Source: Guillardia theta CCMP2712 (taxonomy: Eukaryota > Protista > Cryptophyta). From it: a stretch of DNA of 64,000 bases. Shown piece after piece: positions 41,246-52,668 of the stretch (its first letter is position 1; each line of letters begins with the position of its first letter). The notes below the pieces were generated by a model that had not been told where the DNA came from, searched no databases, and worked only from the letters and a program-made list of their open reading frames with translations. The stretch spans positions 94,872-158,871 of the forward strand of contig NW_005434537.1 in assembly GCF_000315625.1 (NCBI RefSeq), written 5' to 3'. Position numbers and translations under genes: made by a program.

Positions 41246-43723
41246 GTAAGACTTTAGGGCACTCCTGGAGCCCCGTGATAACATGTGGTAGTCAGTCCCA
41301 AGAACATCATCCAAGCTAAGCAACGATATCGGGACAAGCGGGCATACGCGAACGTTGACAATAATCTCGTCCAGACAGGTGTTAGTTGTTGGACAAACCA
41401 GTTGCAGTCGTAATTTTCCAACCTTATCACAGACGACAGTACCTCCAGCGGTAAGCACCTGAAATTCAGGTCCAGCTTGGACATCAAACAACATAGACTC
41501 TTCCTTGACCATGGAGATATTAGCACCAGAGTCCAGCAAGAACGTATGGCCTCCAGCTCCTTCTTTCTCCTTTACCTGCAATGCAATTTCCTGCAATTCC
41601 TCGATGGTAGACGTGGAATCGAGACCAAATGTGAAATTTGCTTTCCACGCTCCTTGCCGTCGATTAGCCTGTGATGCAGATTCCGTTGCATTCTGGGCCG
41701 ATGAGCGTTCAAATGGATTTGCAGGAACAGAAGATTTCTTTTCTGACTCATTCCGCTGGCCGTCTGCGTCAGCCTTCTGCTGGTGACTGTGTGAACTTGA
41801 AGAAGCATTCGCTGCCATGCGTTGAGCTGCCTGAATCAACGCTTCCCCCATCTTGCGCGTGGTTTCAGCGTCCACAACTCCCCCTGACAACAAATTCTGC
41901 AAGACAGATGACGGTTGTTCACTTTCAACCCCTCGAGGGTTAAACCGCTGATTTTTGTAGTTGCCATCATTTTGATTGTAGTTGTTGTTATTGTAGTTGT
42001 GGTTGTGATTGAAATTTCCATGACCTCGACCACCCTTCCAACCTTTGCCTCCATGTCCTTTCTGTCCACCCTGACCTCTTCCATAGCCTCCTTTAAAACT
42101 TCCTCTCCCTCCATTATGGTACCCATCCTGATTCCTCCTTCCCCTGCCACGGTAACCCGTATGGTTAGGTCCGCCGTCCCCCTCGCCTCCGCGGCCAGGG
42201 AAACCACCACGGTATGAGCTAGGGTCAAACGCCGCCTGATCTTGTCCCGTCCTACCAGGTCCTGAAGGAGCTTGACCAGAAGCCTGGTAAAACGTTGGGA
42301 CGTTCCCGACCGGACCTTGGATAGGAAATGGATACATAGAGGGTTGACCTTGAGCATAGAAATTGAAAAACGGGTCTTGGCTGGGAAACATGATACCTTG
42401 TGGATATGATGGAGGTATACTCCCACGAACTGGGTAATTACCATACCATTTGGGATCGACGTGAGAATTCTCTCCCGAATCCGCTTGACCACTGTTTTCG
42501 CCTGACCCCGAGGATCTCTTCTTGCCCACTGCAACTTCTCCGACAGCCTGCGGTTCATTCGGTACCAACGGTTCACTTGCCACAGTGATATTCACCACTG
42601 ACACGTCTCCCTTCGCATCCATCGCGGGCGTCACGGTCGTAGTCGTCTTGCTTCTAGTTTTTAAGATGCGCCCCCAGTGGAATATTTCGTCGAGAGAAAT
42701 CTTTTCTGGTCTCATATTACTCTTCTTCCAATTTCGCAATTCTCTATTCAATGCCAATGACTGCAACGATTCACAAGTCGATTCTTTACACCTGGCATGC
42801 AAGAGTTCAGCGATCTGGATCTCTAACGGCCCCATCCTTTGGTGTGCCCCCACAACACCTTGAATACTATCCTTGAGATTCTTAAACAGTAGCTTGATTT
42901 TGTCCACGTTCCTCCAGAAGGCTTCTTCAGACTCAAGTGGCTGTTTCGCTAGCGCTCTGAGCTGATCTCTCCCTTCGTCCTCAGTAAGCTCGATAAGCTC
43001 AGCTCCACTTCGTTGCTTTACATTCCAGCGTACCAGTGCCAAAGTTTTGAAGAATGCCAAAGGATAGTTGCCTCCTCCTGACATCTGCCACTCTATGTCG
43101 AAATCATCCTTTAGCTTAACTCGAAAATAACTGTTCGTGCTTACAAGTACCTCAGCAATATCTTCAAATAAGACTTCCACCTCCTGTCGATCAGCTGAGG
43201 ATCTGAACAACCTCGGTGATATTTGGTACTTGTGTGGAGAGAAAACCACAGATGTATCGAGTGGATTACCCATCTCTCCATCCTCTGAAGCACCATCAAT
43301 CACATCCTCGCTGGCTGCGATTGCCTCCTCGAATTTTCCTCGCAACTTCTTAAACTTCTCAAGAGCATCCTTGAATTTCTTCCCATTCTTCCAAATGTAC
43401 CCAGCATGCAGAAACAACGCCGTGACCTGAATCTTCCACTCCAGCGAAGAGAATTTTTCTAGACCTTCTGGAGACGACTCCCACAGTTCATGAAATTCTC
43501 CAACAAACGATCCAGTCTCGTCAATCGGAAACAAGTCCAACAGTTTTAAGAAACAAGCCCCAAGATTCGGACGAAAACGACTCATGGCACCTGAGAAAGG
43601 AAGGAACAGGTCCTCGAGTTTTTCCTTGGAGGTAACCTTCCCATGCTTCAGCTTGTCGACCTGAACATCACCATGGCTTCGTTTCAACTCCTCTTGCAGA
43701 TCTGGCATGCTCATGATCGTCAA
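41246..43723 (-). CDS. gag: Copia Gag + aspartic protease, interrupted by the gypsy at 41245
   Basis: RGG/Gly-rich nucleocapsid-like region; FLLDSGANISM protease motif. Confidence 0.85.
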
Positions 43724-43923
43724 CTTGGAGTTACCAATACCGTTCCAAAAAAATGAGTAACAGCGTACAGTACAACAACCAGGAGCCTTAAAGAGCCTTC
43801 AAACTCGTTGTCAATTCGACGCACAAAGACCAAGAGCCCTTTAACTCGTTGTCCTTGGAATCTTATCGTAGAGTCTTTTTGTATTCCTTTGTTCGTGAAT
43901 ACAAAAAAAAAAATTTCTTTTTG

Positions 43924-44413
43924 TATTGGAATCAATTCCTGACTCCTAGAGTCTGTGCACAGATGAATGACTAGTAGAACAGCTCAACAGCTGACTGATA
44001 AGTCCAAAGACCAAGACTCACAGATGATGTGCGCACGAAGACACCAATGACTTTCACAGCCAACCAAACACCTCAGATAACTCAGATCAACTTCCCAACA
44101 ATCCCCAGCACTTTATTCCCAACACTCGTAGCAGCAAGACCAACCAAACAGCTTCCCTTCACACACCACCGCCTTACTTCCACCACTGTACGAGTGCTGC
44201 CTCTTCGACAGCCGGCGCCTCTTGATTCCTCCGGCGCCGCCTCAGCTTCCCCAGGCTCCAACCAACCGGATCTTCTAAGTCACAGACTAAGCTCCAGCCC
44301 ACTAGCTTGGACCTGCAGGCTTCACTTGGTTCACAACCTGATTAGACGCATCCCTTGAACTTATCGCGTCTGAAAGAACTTCTGAGAGGTTTGTCAGAAC
44401 CTGAGTTCTTACA
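43924..44413 (-). repeat. Copia 5' LTR
   Basis: Direct repeat of 29231-29720. Confidence 0.93.
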
Positions 44414-45503
44414 TCACGGCCCCTGTCAGCCGGCTGACATGTCACGGGCCTGCTGACACGGTCCGCTGACCGGTCACGGCCGCCCGGAGAGATCAGGCCC
44501 CCGGCCAATCTCCGGACACTTAGCCTCCTGGCGGGCCTCCAGGGGGTCTGAGGCGGGGCTGAAGGCTGCAGTCGGTCTACTGACGGGCCCGGCCGGCAGG
44601 ATCCGTCGAGAAACAGGGGGGTCAAGGGAGGTTTTCTTCCCCCTGGGAGAAATTTTTGGGATCTGCGATATAAAAAAGTCTTGTCTCGGTCACGTGATGT
44701 GTCACGTGACCGGTCAGGTGAGCCTGTCAGCCGGGTCACGGACCCTGTCAGCCGGCTGACATGTCACGGGCCTGCTGACACGGTCCGCTGACCGGTCACG
44801 GCCGCCCGGAGAGATCAGGCCCCCGGCCAATCTCCGGACACTTAGCCTCCTGGCGGGCCTCCAGGGGGTCTGAGGCGGGGCTGAAGGCTGCAGTCGGTCT
44901 ACTGACGGGCCCGGCCGGCAGGATCCGTCGAGAAACAGGGGGGTCAAGGGAGGTTTTCTTCCCCCTGGGAGAAATGTCCTATGGGTTTTTGGATCTGCGA
45001 TATAAAAAAGTCTTGTCTCGGTCACGTGATGTGTCACGTGACCGGTCAGGTGAGCCTGTCAGCCGGGTCACGGACCCTGTCAGCCGGCTGACATGTCACG
45101 GGCCTGCTGACACGGTCCGCTGACCGGTCACGGCCGCCCGGAGAGATCAGGCCCCCGGCCAATCTCCGGACACTTAGCCTCCTGGCGGGCCTCCAGGGGG
45201 TCTGAGGCGGGGCTGAAGGCTGCAGTCGGTCTACTGACGGGCCCGGCCGGCAGGATCCGTCGAGAAACAGGGGGGTCAAGGGAGGTTTTCTTCCCCCTGG
45301 GAGAAATTTTTGGGATCTGCGATATAAAAAAGTCTTGTCTCGGTCACGTGATGTGTCACGTGACCGGTCAGGTGAGCCTGTCAGCCGGGTCACGGCCCCT
45401 GTCAGCCGGCTGACATGTCACGGGCCTGCTGACACGGTCCGCTGACCGGTCACGGCCGCCCGGAGAGATCAGGCCCCCGGCCAATCTCTGGACACTTAGC
45501 CTC
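44414..45503 (+). repeat. GC-rich satellite block 3 (continuation of block 2)
   Basis: Resumes in register after the TSD. Confidence 0.95.
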
Positions 45504-46020
45504 GTGGTGATGCTGTAAAAGTCCGATATGGGGAGTTTTAAAATGCTCGTACCATATGGCATCATCCAGTACTACAGCGAGTACATCAGCAATCACTGAC
45601 AGTACCACTGTGACTCAGGACTGGAGTGGGTCTTAGTATTGGAACTCTGAAAGTTTGGTATCGTGATACTATGTCGCATATCGAATTAGTATGAGATATT
45701 CAATATGTTACATGTACCGGGTGCTGTACACACCTAGGTATCATGTTTAGTCAATCGACTATCTAATCACCGGGCGTATCTTCAATACCAGTTTGGTCCC
45801 TAAAAAGAAACCAAGTTACCGTACCAATGGAGCTGCCATTTCCCTATCCAATCTCTACGCTTACGGTCGTCGTCGAGGTCGAGCGTGCCCTCCATGGGCA
45901 TGCCGCCGGCGTAGTACTGCGGCTGCGGTGCGGGCATGGGTGCCAGCATGGGGTAGTTGTATGCCTGCATGCTCTGGCCGTACCCGTGCCGCGCCGCGTC
46001 TTATATCCCCTCCCGGGGCT

Positions 46021-46587
46021 TCAGTAAACCGTGGTGCGGTCGAATATGGTGCGGAGGAAGGGGGTGGCGATGCCCTGCACCGTCTCGCCGGGCGGCAGCG
46101 GCGGCGCCGAGGGCACGGGTGGGTACTCCTCCGCGGGGGCGGCGGCGGTGGGCAAGAAGAGCACCCCGCCGGGTGGCACGGGGAACACCTGCGGCTCGAC
46201 GCCGGCCTGCTGCGGCCTGGGTGCCGGTGGCGGCGGGTAGTAGCCCTGCGGCGGGGGTGGGGGCCAGTAGGCCTGGGGCTGCGGGGGGTAGTGGATGATG
46301 TTGGTGTGGTGCACGGAGGCCGGGGCGGGCTGGCTCCTGCCGCGGCCCGTGACTTTGCGCAGCGTGTCCCAGAAGCCGTCGCCCGTGCGTTGGATCCTGT
46401 CCCGCATCTTGCAGGAGAGGCCGTGCAGCTCGCGCCACTCGAGGTCGGTGATGAGGTGGGGGTTGCGCAGCATGAAGAGCTGCAACGCCACGTCCTCGTG
46501 GGCCTGCTCGAGGGTCATGGGCTCGGCGGCGGAGTCCGCCAGCAGGGGGTCGGTGTTGAGCTGCAGTGGGGGTGGGTGCTGCTGCAT
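46021..46587 (-). CDS. Proline-rich hypothetical protein
   Basis: 188-aa ORF with CATTTAA about 30 nt upstream. Confidence 0.55.
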   Translation of the reverse strand: MQQHPPPLQLNTDPLLADSAAEPMTLEQAHEDVALQLFMLRNPHLITDLEWRELHGLSCKMRDRIQRTGDGFWDTLRKVTGRGRSQPAPASVHHTNIIHYPPQPQAYWPPPPPQGYYPPPPAPRPQQAGVEPQVFPVPPGGVLFLPTAAAPAEEYPPVPSAPPLPPGETVQGIATPFLRTIFDRTTVY

Positions 46588-46636
46588 CGGTCTGGGGGCC
46601 GGGGCCCCCGTGGTTTCTTAAATGCGTTAACTACGA

Positions 46637-48292
46637 CTAGGACACGAGCGACTTCTTGGCGTACTCGGTGTAGCTGACGGTGAGGAACGTCATGAAGATG
46701 AGCACGTTGAGGAACGCCTGCTTGGTGGCGGTGACGTTGTGCAGCTTGAGCGCCTGGAAGTCGTTCCAGAGGTCCGGGAAGACGAACACGGCGAACAGCG
46801 ACACCATCAGCACGAGCCAGTTGTACATGGCGATGTAGCTGTACTGGGTGACGTCGCTGGTCGGGGTGGCGGTGAAGCAGAGGGCGATGATGATGAACAA
46901 CTGGCAGAGAGTGATGGTGTTCTTGTACCCCTGGTAGAAGCCGTCGAGGTTGTTGCTGATAGCGCCCAGCACCATCGAGCTCTGCCTCTTCTCCGGCACG
47001 TTCTGGTTCTGCTTGTTCTGCGCCTCGATGAACGTGACGACCCTGGTCCAGTGGCAGGTCACCCAGTTGCCGGCGGCGGTGAAGAGGAGGAGCAGGAAGA
47101 CCAGCAGCGCGTTGTACAGCAGGATGTCGTAGTCGGTCCAACCGCGCATGATGCAGACGGCGATGATGAGGGAGACGAATGCGGGGATGGCGAGCACGTC
47201 GGTCCAGAGCTGCTCGATCTGCCCCTGGGCGTTGAGGACGTCGGAGGCCAGGTACCGGTCGCGGATCTCCTTGTCGATGAGGAGGATGCCGGTGTCGATC
47301 TCGTGGCTGATGAGCCCGTGGATGGCGTCGAGCACGTTGGGGTAGGTGAGGTAGGGGACGACGAAGAGTACCACCGCCGCGGCCACCATGATGAAGATGC
47401 CGACCGTCAGGCCGATCTCGGGGTTCTTGGCGTCGGTGGGCGCCCCCTTGTTCACGAGCAGGAGGGTGATCATGAGCGCGATGGTCAATCCGAGGAACAC
47501 CACCACGGTGGCGATGAGCTTCCACTTGATGGCGGCGAAGAGGTTCTCGGGCGACGCCTTGGAGCTCTTCAGCATCATCACCACCAGGTCGTGCATGAAG
47601 TTGGCGATCAGGATGCAGGTGCAGGAGAGGAACAGGAAGCTGTAGACGTAGAACAGGGTGCGGTAGGCCTTGGGCTTGGCGGTGAGGTTGTGCGGCATGC
47701 TGCCCTCGTAGGTGCAGAAGTTGATCATCTTCTTGACGTCGTCCTTGCTGGGCGCCGTGGCGGTGGCGTACAGCCAGCCGTCGCCCATGGCGTTGGCCAC
47801 CTGTGCGATGCAGTTGCAGCCCCCGGGGATGTACACCGGGTTGTTGCCGGAGACGACCTCGAGGGTGAGCTTGTCGGTGGACTTGGGCACGCGGCCGGTG
47901 GTGATGTACTGGTCGCACTTGGACCAGGCCCAGAGCGTCCGCACGTTGTCCTTCTTGGTCCCCGTGGCGTTGGTGAAGCCCTTGAGCACGTCGCCAAAGG
48001 TCTGGTACTCGTCCCAGGGGTCGATGGAGTAGGTGATGATGTTCATTGGGATCTTGCTCTGCCCGTACGACCGGGTGATGGTCACGCAGCAGGCCCCGAA
48101 GGTGAGGAAGAAGAGTATCACGGCGATCACCGAGTTGGCGATCTTGGCGGTGTTCTTGTACGAGATGAGGCTGTACGACTGGACGTAGTCGACCGCCTTC
48201 TGCTGGTCGGCGGGGACATAGTGGTTGCCCAGGGGCTGCGGCGCGTACTGTATGGTGTTCGGGTAGAAGCTCTTCTTGTTCACGACCACCAT
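46637..48292 (-). CDS. Multi-pass membrane protein (551 aa), possibly a divergent heliorhodopsin-like protein
   Basis: Strong GC3 bias. LIIAVCIMRGWTDYDIL matches MIIVICLYTGTTDVWVL of the heliorhodopsin at 593-1876. ATG 48292 has TATTAAA upstream. Confidence 0.6.
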   Translation of the reverse strand: MVVVNKKSFYPNTIQYAPQPLGNHYVPADQQKAVDYVQSYSLISYKNTAKIANSVIAVILFFLTFGACCVTITRSYGQSKIPMNIITYSIDPWDEYQTFGDVLKGFTNATGTKKDNVRTLWAWSKCDQYITTGRVPKSTDKLTLEVVSGNNPVYIPGGCNCIAQVANAMGDGWLYATATAPSKDDVKKMINFCTYEGSMPHNLTAKPKAYRTLFYVYSFLFLSCTCILIANFMHDLVVMMLKSSKASPENLFAAIKWKLIATVVVFLGLTIALMITLLLVNKGAPTDAKNPEIGLTVGIFIMVAAAVVLFVVPYLTYPNVLDAIHGLISHEIDTGILLIDKEIRDRYLASDVLNAQGQIEQLWTDVLAIPAFVSLIIAVCIMRGWTDYDILLYNALLVFLLLLFTAAGNWVTCHWTRVVTFIEAQNKQNQNVPEKRQSSMVLGAISNNLDGFYQGYKNTITLCQLFIIIALCFTATPTSDVTQYSYIAMYNWLVLMVSLFAVFVFPDLWNDFQALKLHNVTATKQAFLNVLIFMTFLTVSYTEYAKKSLVS

Positions 48293-48362
48293 TCGCGAAC
48301 CCTTTGCCCGCACTTGGGCCCCGCGGTCTTTAATACGATACGGAAAGAATGGGATGACCGGC

Positions 48363-49680
48363 TCACGGGCCGCTCCTCTGCGCCGCGCCGCGGGCGACAC
48401 CCCAGCCCGCGGCGCCCGACCTCGCCCGCTTGTAGCCGAAGGTGTTGGAGTAGGGGTCCGGGTGGTCCGTCTCCGCGTTCCAGTAGTGCAGCGTCCAGAG
48501 GGAGTTGCGCGCGTTGCTGCGGAGGTACTGCGCCGTGGGCAGCTTGCTGCGCGTGCTCTCGGCCATGCTCTCGCACGAGGCCACGCACCGCACGATCCTC
48601 CATCTCCCCGACCCCGAGCCCGGCGTACGCCGACTGGTTCACCCTCACGCTCACCCTCCTCTCGTACACGGCGGCGTAGAGCACGGGGCAGGCCAGCGAC
48701 AGCGTCGCCACGTCCCTGTCGTGCGCCTCCTGCCCGCCCCGGAGGGTGGAGAGCAGCGGGATCACCCTCTCCCGGTTGCACCACACCCGCGTCGGGCCGA
48801 TGGTGGGCAGCCCCTGCGTGTAGTCGCAGCCCGTGAGGATGGCGAAGCTCGCGAGCACCGTGCACGCGTTGCGGCAGCCCGGGCAGTGCCGCGCCACGTC
48901 GTCGCAGAGCTCCTGCGCCATGCGGTTGATGTGCACGTACTCGTACTTGGGCTCCGAGGCCGAGGCGGGCGCCGCCGCCCCCGCCCTCACCCGCATGCGG
49001 TAGATGGCGATCTGCGGCAGCGAGGCCTCGGGCGTCCCGGCCCTGGCGAGGTTCTCCAGGTGCACCATGGCCATGGGCACGTAGTCTCCATCGATGGCGT
49101 CGATGAGGAGGTTGCCGAGGTGGGTGTAGGAGGTGAACTTGACGTCGCTCTCGCCCTTGAGCCCCGCGTGCGGCAGCTCAAAGTCCTGGCACGTGCCGTT
49201 GGGCAGGTGCACGACGGGCGTGCTGTTGTGGTCGATGATGAGCCTCTGGTGGGCCGCCAGCGTCAGGTGCTTGTGCAGGTTCGTCTTGACGTAGTCGATG
49301 ACCCGCGACTTGAACAGCCGGTTGCGGATGGCGTCCTCCCAGTTGTCCGGGATGATCGGAGGCAGGCACTCCCCGCTGGCGAAGCTGAAGCTGTTCACCT
49401 TCTTGTTGCGCTTGTGCTGCGTCATCCCCTTGCACACGGGGACGTGCTCGTAGTTGTCGAAGGCGAGCACCACCGTGCTCACCCCGGCCTCGAAGTGCCG
49501 CCGCACGCAGTTGACGAACTGGCAGACGAGGAAGAGCTGCCACGTCTTGACGCTCGTCGGCTTCATCAGCTTGATCTGCCCGTCGATGAAGGCCACGTCC
49601 GGCACGAACGGCGCCGTGGCCTGGAACGCCCCGCCCGCCGCCGCCTTCCATATCTTCATCCAGCCGGAGTTGATCGTCAT
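48363..49680 (-). pseudogene. FEN1/XPG (PIN-fold) 5'-3' nuclease, frameshifted near 48600
   Basis: FIDG, VLAFD, GESD, DGDY and GCDY..GLPTIG (H3TH) motifs. The C-terminal LPT..L...ARNSLWTLHYW...PDPY..FGY segment is in another frame (ORF 48363..48593). Confidence 0.75.
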
Positions 49681-49916
49681 GCCGCGGGTCACGATCCCGG
49701 GTGCTCGGGTGGGTGGGGGGCCGGCCGCCGTGGCCGTGGCCGGGGTGTTGGCCCCTTTTTTTACCCCGCGGGTATAAACGCCGGGCAGGCGGCGGTACCC
49801 GGCGTTGACCCGCCCCGCCGTGGAGCCGAGAGGGGGGATGGTCTTCTGGCGGACGCTCATGCAGCGGTTCTACAGGTCGTATTTAGCCCCCGTGCCGACC
49901 GCGGGTGAAGACCGGG

Positions 49917-52650
49917 ATGAGCAGCCGACTGGCCCGTCGCTGGCCGACGAGGCGAGGCTGGCGTCCGAGCTGGTGCCACCTCATGCTCGCGGCCCTCCGC
50001 ACGGCCCAGGGGTATTTCGTGAGCATCTCCGACCAGAGCAGGCCGCTGATGCGGACGCCCGAAGGTGGGTCCCTGATCAACTGGTCGCACGGCGACCTGC
50101 TGCAGATTATGAGGTCCAGCCAGGGGGTCTGCATCAACGAGCGCGGCGTGCAGTTCGTCCGCTACGGGCGCGTGAGGACGATTGGATGGCCTAGCCTCCC
50201 CTGCCGGCCCGACCCGACGGCGCTGTGCAGGGCCCCCGGGGGCAGCCGGTTCTTCCCGCTCGACGAGGCGCTGGTCTCGGGCGACGTCGCCTCCGTGGAG
50301 CCCGGCGTCCGCGCCATCGCCGCCGTGGGGTGCACGGGCGCCGAGTCCGGGAGGGTGCTGGTGGACCCCTGATGGAACGTATGCCAGCCGTTCCAGTCAG
50401 ATAGCGCCGAGTTAACAAAAACTCTCCTGTAAACCAAGACGACTTACGTGGCGAGGCGGCATGTAGTACGTGGGATGAAGAGGGGACTTTCCTAGCCGTC
50501 TTGCTAAGGTCCTCTCATGTCTGGATGCTTGGGTTTCACATCCTAGCATACAGTCTATCTCTCATGTGCTCCTCAATGCTGGTTTTTGTGTGCATTAAAC
50601 TCGGTCTTGAGCAAAAACTGTCTTGTTACAACTAAGGTCGATGTGACGTCTGCGTGACTTTGGACTAGTACAAGTCTAACAAACTTGTATTCCGTCGGTT
50701 ATGGGCCCCGATTACATGCTCAATCATGTTGATCTTATATTTGGTTAGTTGAATTGTTTACTGGAGTTTTTTCTTTCTTGGTATTGTTTTCCCGTTGCTG
50801 TTGAAAATTCATGCAAATTCTATCAAGCTTTACACATTCGGATGACTCCTCTCTTCAATCAGGCTCTCTCTCTAGCCGCAAGTTGTTTAGGCCTCTCATC
50901 TCAGCCTCAATTTGTTTGATTGATCTTCGAATAGGAAAAACAAGCCTTTCCCCAGCCAGATTGGTCGGTCGAATATCTGCTTAACCGTGTGGAAACGCAC
51001 TTGAAGCTGATTCGATTCTTATTTTTCTTGATCTTTGAGTAGGATCAAATGGAACTCCCAGGAGATCTGGCGGAAGTTTCATGTCATGGAGCTAGGCTGT
51101 GGCATGCATAACTGGAGCTACTTCTGGATCGGCGAACAAGGTACTACTGCACAACAATCTTCAAATGCCTTGAAACGGATGTTCCAATCTTGCGGCAGCA
51201 ATCTCTGGTCACAAGTTCTTTACGGTTCAAAAATTTATCTTTTGGTCTTCAAATGCCGGCGGGCACGCTCTCTCTCCCTCTCCATCTCTCTTATCTTCTC
51301 TCTCTTCAGACTCTCTTATCCTATCCTCCATCTCTCGTCATTGCATCCGCTCGCCAGGCATCTCCCCTTATCTCTGTGCCGCACATCTAACAGCCCTGCA
51401 TGAAAATCTTCTTCAGAATGGACAATCCTTGAATGGTTATTGCCCACTCAGCATGACTGTGAACTTGACGTTGTATCATCGTATCTTGACTTGGATCTGC
51501 TGACATTCTCTTGGTTGAGTGACTTTCTGACGTCCGATGTAACGTACTATTTCAGAAACTCGGGGGGAGGATGGAACGTATGCCAGCCGTGCCAGTCAGA
51601 TAGCGCCGAGTTAACAAAAACTCTCCTGTAAACCAAGACGACTTACGTGGCAAGGCGGACGATGTAGCGTGTGGGACGAAGAGGGGGGCTTTCCTAGCCG
51701 TCTTGCTAAGGTCCTCTCATGTCTGGATGCTTGGGTTTCACATCCTAGCATACAGTCTATCTCTCATGTGCTCCTCAATTCTGGTTTTGTGTGCATTAAA
51801 CTCGGTCTTGAGCAAAAACTGTCTTGTTACAACTAAGGTCGATGTGATATCTGCGTGACTTTGGACTAGTACAAGTCTAACAAACTTGTATTCCGTCAAC
51901 CCCTCCTCCCGCTACGACGTCAGCCTCTGCGACGTGGTGGACGGCGGCCTCGATGTGTTCTGGGACGGCGGCACGCTCTACCACCGCCGCATGCTCAAGC
52001 CCGTCTGGCTCTACGTCGCCATCAGCGCCGTCAGCGTCTACCTCGTGTCGGTCATCGCGCAGAACATCACCGCCCTGCTCCTGGGCGAGCCCGCCAGCGG
52101 CGGCACCGCCTCCGAGGGGGGCCGCTGGGCGTGGGCGGTGAGGGCCGCGGAGGTCACCGTGGTGGGCGGCGTGCTGGGGTGCTCGGTGCTGCCGCTGCTG
52201 GTGAACGACTCGCTGCTGCTCTGGGATGAGCTGGCGTACGCGTGGTTCATGCTGGCGTACGTTGCGTTGCACGCGGCCTTCATGGCGTACAAGGTCAGGT
52301 TCGACCGCGACAACCGGGCGAGGCACTTCCTCACCTTCAACCTCATCACCGGAATCCTGCTGCTCCTCACCCTCTCCATCTACAACACGCTTGCCAACCC
52401 CTACGTGGGGATCCTGCTCGTGATGCTCGCCATGCGCTGCTTCTACAAGGTGCTCGACGTCTCCCTCGCCGAGCGCGGGGCCTGCCTCGACCTCGAGGCG
52501 GCCGTGATGGTCTTCGACGCCGCGGGGATGCTCCTCACCCACTACGTCGGCTTCCGCCGCAGCTTCATGTTCGGTTTCGACGGGGACACCTCCTTCGTGA
52601 TCGTGTGTTTGTTCAGTTGGTTCGTTTCGAGGTTTGTTATTAAAGAATAG
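49917..52650 (+). pseudogene. Membrane protein gene split by a TRIM insertion
   Basis: Removing the insertion plus one TSD copy restores the in-frame ...VLVDP-SSRYDV... junction between ORFs 49905..50372 and 51886..52650. Confidence 0.75.
50370..51898 (+). mobile_element. Non-autonomous copia-type LTR element (TRIM-like)
   Basis: About 327-bp LTRs (50370-50696, ~51570-51898) with several mismatches; TSD ACCCC(T); PBS GGTTATGGGCCC; PPT GGGGGGAG; no pol. Confidence 0.9.
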
Positions 52651-52668
52651 TAGCCCAAATTGTGTGAA

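Larger units (their letters stand above)
29231..44413 (-). mobile_element. Full-length Ty1/copia LTR retrotransposon carrying a nested gypsy element
   Basis: 490-bp LTRs at 29231-29720 and 43924-44413; 5-bp TSD TCACG (29226-29230, 44414-44418); PPT AAAGGGAGGG; gene order gag-PR-IN-RT-RH on the minus strand. Confidence 0.95.

Noticed and set aside
45504-45850. Transposon end or gene between the satellite and viral block 2
   Set aside because: GTAC-rich like the TIR element's subtermini, but no TIR, TSD or ORF was found; left unassigned.
46515-49908. Long overlapping and antisense ORFs (46739..48679, 48505..49908, 46515..47918; similarly 10057..11103 and 2345..3088)
   Set aside because: Shadow ORFs caused by high GC3 of the real genes on the other frame or strand.
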